From: Neophaeotheca triangularis
Lineage: Eukaryota
DNA length: 64,000 nt
Reading direction: 5' to 3'
NCBI GenBank assembly: GCA_054600435.1
Contig: BAAIJX010000005.1
Location: 372,001-436,000, forward strand
The notes under the pieces were generated by a model. The model ran no database searches. It was not told the DNA's origin and saw only the letters and a list, made by a program, of their open reading frames with translations. The stretch's first letter is position 1; every line of letters begins with the position of its first letter. Positions 59,711 to 64,000 of this stretch are shown one piece after another. A program made the position numbers and the translations under genes.

Positions 59711-62680
59711 TCAACGACGCCGACTAGCCTTCTTCCCATGCTCATGGCCCCCATGCCCACGCTCCTGCTGCACCTCATAAGCACCCTCGTCCTCTTCCTC
59801 CACAGGCGCCGGAGTCCGCCGCTCATGGCGCTTCCTGTGCCTGCGATTATAAGAAATGTTACTCGCGCTATCATCCGGCGCCAAGCTCATCATATCCGCC
59901 AGTCCATCATCCTCACTCTCCCCCTCCTCGAAATTCGTAAAACCGCTAGCGGGCGTGCCCATTCTCGCGCCAATTTCCTCGGCTCCGCTGCCCCGCCGCA
60001 TTTGCGCTTGCATGCTTAGACCGGCGGAGCGCTCGCGGAGGAGTTGACGTACTTGCTCGGCTCGGCCATGGAGGAGCTCGAAAGCGTCCTCCAGCCGCTC
60101 CATGTCCATGAAAATGGCGCGTTCGACTTCGGCGAGGACGGCGATTTCCGTGTCTTCGTCTAGTTGGACGGGGCCGGGGGCTGAGACGCCGAGGCCTTGA
60201 GGGCCAGGTGTCGGGCCGCGGGAGGGGAACATGGAGGAGCCTGTTTGGCTGCCACCTGGAACGGCGGCGGTGGGATCGTTACGGAGGTTGCTGAACGGGG
60301 TGTTGCCGCGGGAGGGTGGCATGCCGCTCATGCCGCTGAATGGCGTGGTGTTTCTGCTGAAAGGCGTGCTGGTTGGGCCGCGAGAGGGACCGCGCGACAT
60401 GGCGGGAGAGTTGAAGCCGGAAGCGGAGGGAGGAAAAGGAGCTTCGGCTCCCGACCAAAGGAAGCCGTCGAAGCGACCAGAGGTCAGGATATCCCATTCT
60501 TGCTCTTGCACTTCAGCGAGTGTGGCGAGCATGCCGTGGAGGTGGGGGTTGGTGAGCAGATACATGGCGCTCTCGCAGTCTCGGGGAGGTCGTTCCAGGC
60601 GGTATAGGCGCTGCAAAGCCTTGCGACTGTGCTTGATGGCACCTGAAGAGGTGGTAGGACGCTCTGCGGGAGTGGGAGCGCGAGAGTCCGAGACGGTGGC
60701 ATGGCCGTGCATGAGCGCGATGAAGAGGTTTCGTTGCTGCGTGCTCAGCTTCGTCATCATAGCAAACATGAGCGTATCCTCATCAGCCTCTTCCGGCGGG
60801 CTGGAGGGGTATTCGGGTTGCATGGCGAGCCAATTCTGAACAGCGACCTTGGTCTTCTTGTTCTGTCGAATGTAGTGGTCTCTGTATTCCTCAGGCACAT
60901 CGATATCGAGTTTTTGCATCGGCGCAGCAGTCGCCCCAGTGATACCGAGACCACTGTCATCCGGCTGAATAGTGAATGGCGGCCATTGCGGAAGCTCGCG
61001 ACGACCGGAGACAAACTCCAGAATCTCGCCCCAACTGATCCCGCTGTCCTCTTCATCAGACAGGTATGGCTGTGGCAAAGTCCTACACACTACACAATCG
61101 CACCTCTGCGAAGAGATGTCACGAGCAAAAACCTGCGAGAGCTTGTCCAATAATCGCCTCGCGACAGACTTGTACCCGGTAGCTACGGCGAGGGACCCGT
61201 TCTTGCGCAGAACCGAGTAATAGTCGTCAAGCCTTTGGTTGATGCCGCTGAAAATCTTCTGATAGTCTTCGATGGGTCCAGCTTGCACCAAAGCAGGCGA
61301 TTGGTACATCGAATATTGCTGTACCGGCCCTGTATCCACTAGCTTCTTCTTGACCATATAAGGCAGTCCTCCATGCTTCAGCAAATAATCCACTCTGGGC
61401 ACTTCACCAGGTGTAGTCATCGGTGGGGGAGGAGGCGGCGGAGGCGGCGGGTGTCCCATCGCTTGGCTCATTGGGCCGTCGCCGGAGCCAAAGTATCTCG
61501 CGGTCTGCGGAGTGTCGTCGCGGTAGTTGTGCTGTTGAGCGCCAACGTCAATGACAGGTGTGGCCTTGACTGAAGGGGGAAAATAAGGGTCTTGCGGCGT
61601 TGGTGTCTTTGGTTGCGAGTCTGTGCCAGAAGGAGGTGATGTTTCCTGCACGGGCACAATACGTGGAGGCCGCTTGCCCTTGCGCTCAGGTGCGATGGAG
61701 GTGGCATCAGAGTCGGTAGTGTTCTCAGTATTCTGCGTCACTGTCGAGTTCTGCTGTGACCCCGTGGAAACTGTCCTTCGGTATCCGCTGCCAGGCGTAG
61801 ACTTGCGCTCGCCCTCGTCGGGGAACGAGCCAGGCATACTCGAGATATCGGATTGACCAAAGCGTGCCTCTTCCTTACGGAGACTGGCCCCAGATCTCGC
61901 GTTCCTGACACTGTTACCCCTGCTTCGAGAGCCATGGTCGGCGCTCTTTCTCCCTTGATGAGTTTCCTCCCTCATGGTATCGGCGGTACGACGCATGCCA
62001 TCCCCACTGCTTCGTCCCTTGATCTCAGGTTCTTCGGCTGTCAGCGGTGGGCTCGGGGGAGCGCGGGTAGCAGGCTGGGCAGCAGGCGTCGAATTTCTCT
62101 TACTCTGATCACGTCCGACATCCGTAGGCTCCGGCGTATGTAGCGAGACCTTTGGCGAGGTGCCGACCTCTTCTCGACTCCCCACCGCCTCTCTGCTATG
62201 GGCTTTGCTGAAAGTCGGATACGAACTCCTGGGCCTCACGTCTTCCAAACTCGCAGAATTCTTCGACCTGCGGTCCATTTCAGGCACGCCCAGAGTTCCC
62301 ATCCTCGCAGCACCCCTATCACTCGTCGTCGCGGGTATTTTTGGCGTCGAAGCTCGCTCCCTCTCCTTCCTGCTCGCCCTCTCGCGTTCCTCACTCGGCG
62401 TTCTGCGCTTCACAGTTTTCTTCCCGGATCTGTCGCCCTCGTGGTCTCTGTCCTTTCTAGACGACCGTTTCTTTTCTTTAGTAGAGCCACTGGTATTGCT
62501 GTCGCGGTCACGGTCGTATTCCTTCCTGCGCCGTCTGGGCTCGTCGGAAGCGGCTTCGTTGCGACTGGGCATGTCGCATTGGGGCGAAATGAGTGGTGTG
62601 TGGTGAAGGTGAGACTCAAGAGCTTCTACAACTGGCAACCCGGGAGCTGTGCCGTCGGGGTACGTGTAGAAGTCGGGCAT
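59711..62680 (-). CDS. Large fungal protein of unknown function, 989 aa
   Basis: Intronless ORF with a charged, disordered N-terminal half, a poly-Pro tract, a structured core (PRVDYLLKHGGL, AVATGYKSVARRLLDKL, CDCVVC, WGEILEFVSGRRELPQWPPF) and a C-terminal coiled coil. Alternative start at MPSRN (62572). Confidence 0.85.
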   Translation of the reverse strand: MPDFYTYPDGTAPGLPVVEALESHLHHTPLISPQCDMPSRNEAASDEPRRRRKEYDRDRDSNTSGSTKEKKRSSRKDRDHEGDRSGKKTVKRRTPSEERERASRKERERASTPKIPATTSDRGAARMGTLGVPEMDRRSKNSASLEDVRPRSSYPTFSKAHSREAVGSREEVGTSPKVSLHTPEPTDVGRDQSKRNSTPAAQPATRAPPSPPLTAEEPEIKGRSSGDGMRRTADTMREETHQGRKSADHGSRSRGNSVRNARSGASLRKEEARFGQSDISSMPGSFPDEGERKSTPGSGYRRTVSTGSQQNSTVTQNTENTTDSDATSIAPERKGKRPPRIVPVQETSPPSGTDSQPKTPTPQDPYFPPSVKATPVIDVGAQQHNYRDDTPQTARYFGSGDGPMSQAMGHPPPPPPPPPPMTTPGEVPRVDYLLKHGGLPYMVKKKLVDTGPVQQYSMYQSPALVQAGPIEDYQKIFSGINQRLDDYYSVLRKNGSLAVATGYKSVARRLLDKLSQVFARDISSQRCDCVVCRTLPQPYLSDEEDSGISWGEILEFVSGRRELPQWPPFTIQPDDSGLGITGATAAPMQKLDIDVPEEYRDHYIRQNKKTKVAVQNWLAMQPEYPSSPPEEADEDTLMFAMMTKLSTQQRNLFIALMHGHATVSDSRAPTPAERPTTSSGAIKHSRKALQRLYRLERPPRDCESAMYLLTNPHLHGMLATLAEVQEQEWDILTSGRFDGFLWSGAEAPFPPSASGFNSPAMSRGPSRGPTSTPFSRNTTPFSGMSGMPPSRGNTPFSNLRNDPTAAVPGGSQTGSSMFPSRGPTPGPQGLGVSAPGPVQLDEDTEIAVLAEVERAIFMDMERLEDAFELLHGRAEQVRQLLRERSAGLSMQAQMRRGSGAEEIGARMGTPASGFTNFEEGESEDDGLADMMSLAPDDSASNISYNRRHRKRHERRTPAPVEEEDEGAYEVQQERGHGGHEHGKKASRRR

Positions 62681-63898
62681 GGCAAAGGGTCGTTGGCTTC
62701 GTTGGCTGGCTAGAGCTGCAGCTGTTCGCCTGGCTCGGGCGCTTGTGACAGGTGGGGGTGTGATTGGTTGACGACTATCTTCACACTTGAAGAACGTCTC
62801 TTCACTTCAACAGTTTCCAGAAACGCAACAAGTGAGGAAAGAGGCATATCTACGCACTTGGGGCAATACCTAGTCAAGGTTTGGATCGTGGGGTAACGAC
62901 AGGTAAGCCTGCGTACCTTATATATACTTCGAATGTGATGTACTGAGGAGCGCAAGCGAGCAAGAGCTTCCGTATTGGGCAGCAAGCGTCCACCAACACA
63001 TACCACTCTCGCAGCACTCGCTGGAAAAGGCAGGCGAAAATACATGCAATGTATCACCACCTACCCTGTCTACCTTGAAGGGGCTTTGTGCGCAAAAAAC
63101 CTATGGCATGTATTGAGAAAGGAAATGCGACGTGAGCAACCGACGATACAATCCTTACAGCAGCAAGGGGTTACAACGAGCACGTTAATTATTATCCATA
63201 GCAGACTCAGTTTAAGTAATGGAGCAGGGTCGTGATGATCAACAACGAATGTTCTTTGTACTACTACGACTACACAAGTGTACAGCTCCATCTCATCTCA
63301 TCAAAACATCTTGCACACCCTCTCCCACTCCCTCGCAATGATAAGCCATACGACCAGCGTAAAGCAATACACAGCAAGGGGTATTGGGAAGCTAGAAAGA
63401 AAATAGAGACCTTCGAAAGTTCCGCGCACGCAACAAGAGCGATTGACCCCTCCGCTAGACCCTTTCGCTGCAAGCAAAGATGATGACGACAGAAAAGTTA
63501 TAATGTTACAAGGTGCCGGAGCACGAATGGTAGTATCGCGAAAATGAAGCAAGCTCCACCTGGGTAGGTGGAGGTATTCCGTCTGATGGTGCGGGTCGGT
63601 ATTAAAGTTGTACAGCGAGGGAAGAAGAATGGTATACAATGAAGCTTCGCCCGAGATGGAGTTTGGGTGGCGGGCGGCGGTGGTGTTGTCGGTCCGCTGG
63701 CTTCTGGATTGGTGGTCCGAGAATGGTAGTAGCTGCTCCGACTGGCGGTCGTGGTATTCTTTTTTATGGGCCCCTGTCTATGATGGCTCATACGTGACGG
63801 CATGATGGGTCGTTGCGTAAAGATACGAGACTGACTACGAGACTGACAGGTAAGGAGATGGTTGTGATCGATTGGCGACGAGGTAGACGGCTTGTCCT

Positions 63899-64000
63899 TC
63901 ACTCGTTGTCCCTCTTCCTCTTCTTTTGTGTCGACTTGCGGTCGGAAGAGTGGTTACTGTCAGCGTCGGACCACGAGCCATTGCTGGAGCTGGAAGAGCT
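63899..64000 (-). CDS. 3' end of a gene entering from the right edge
   Basis: Open frame SSSSSSNGSWSDADSNHSSDRKSTQKKRKRDNE* with NLS-like KKRKR; only 33 residues are visible. Confidence 0.45.
   Translation of the reverse strand, partial: SSSSSSNGSWSDADSNHSSDRKSTQKKRKRDNE

Noticed and set aside
1..64000. Transposons, RIP-degraded repeats, CRISPR arrays, stwintrons or introner-like repeated introns
   Set aside because: No transposase or reverse transcriptase ORF, terminal repeats, long AT-rich block or spacer array. The introns examined are mutually dissimilar and lack nested splice signals.

Overview
Eukaryotic, gene-dense fungal DNA with short GT-AG introns and CTRAC branch points. It is Pezizomycotina, and probably a Dothideomycete (inference). 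About 26 protein genes are supported, many of them spliced and so fragmented or missed in the ORF track. In order: a CCX-type Na+/Ca2+ exchanger running off the left edge, condensin Brn1, a single-TM unknown, Msh3, a GH17 glucanase fused to a But2-like domain, Dph4, a 75-aa GPI-type microprotein, a Zn-dependent ADH, Pam17, a small Ina17-like mitochondrial protein, Cdc6, a five-repeat Myb/SANT protein, eIF2-gamma, Ade16/17, phosphomannomutase, a CSC1/OSCA channel, a GFA/Mss4-like protein, Ilm1, an aldo-keto reductase, a 4-TM protein, two probably conserved unknowns, a coiled-coil protein, eIF3m, a DHA1 MFS transporter and a gene end at the right edge. I found no intact transposon, tRNA, CRISPR array or secondary-metabolite cluster, and no convincing multi-gene novel system; this is mostly core genome. 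The best leads are a 5'-truncated 5S rRNA copy flanked by a 9-bp direct repeat (retroposition-like), a Myb-repeat protein with a mitochondrial-presequence-like N-terminus, the GH17-But2 fusion, a frameshifted kinase relic, a uORF before the OSCA channel and an 18-aa repeat in the exchanger loop. Family calls come from motif recognition, not database searches.
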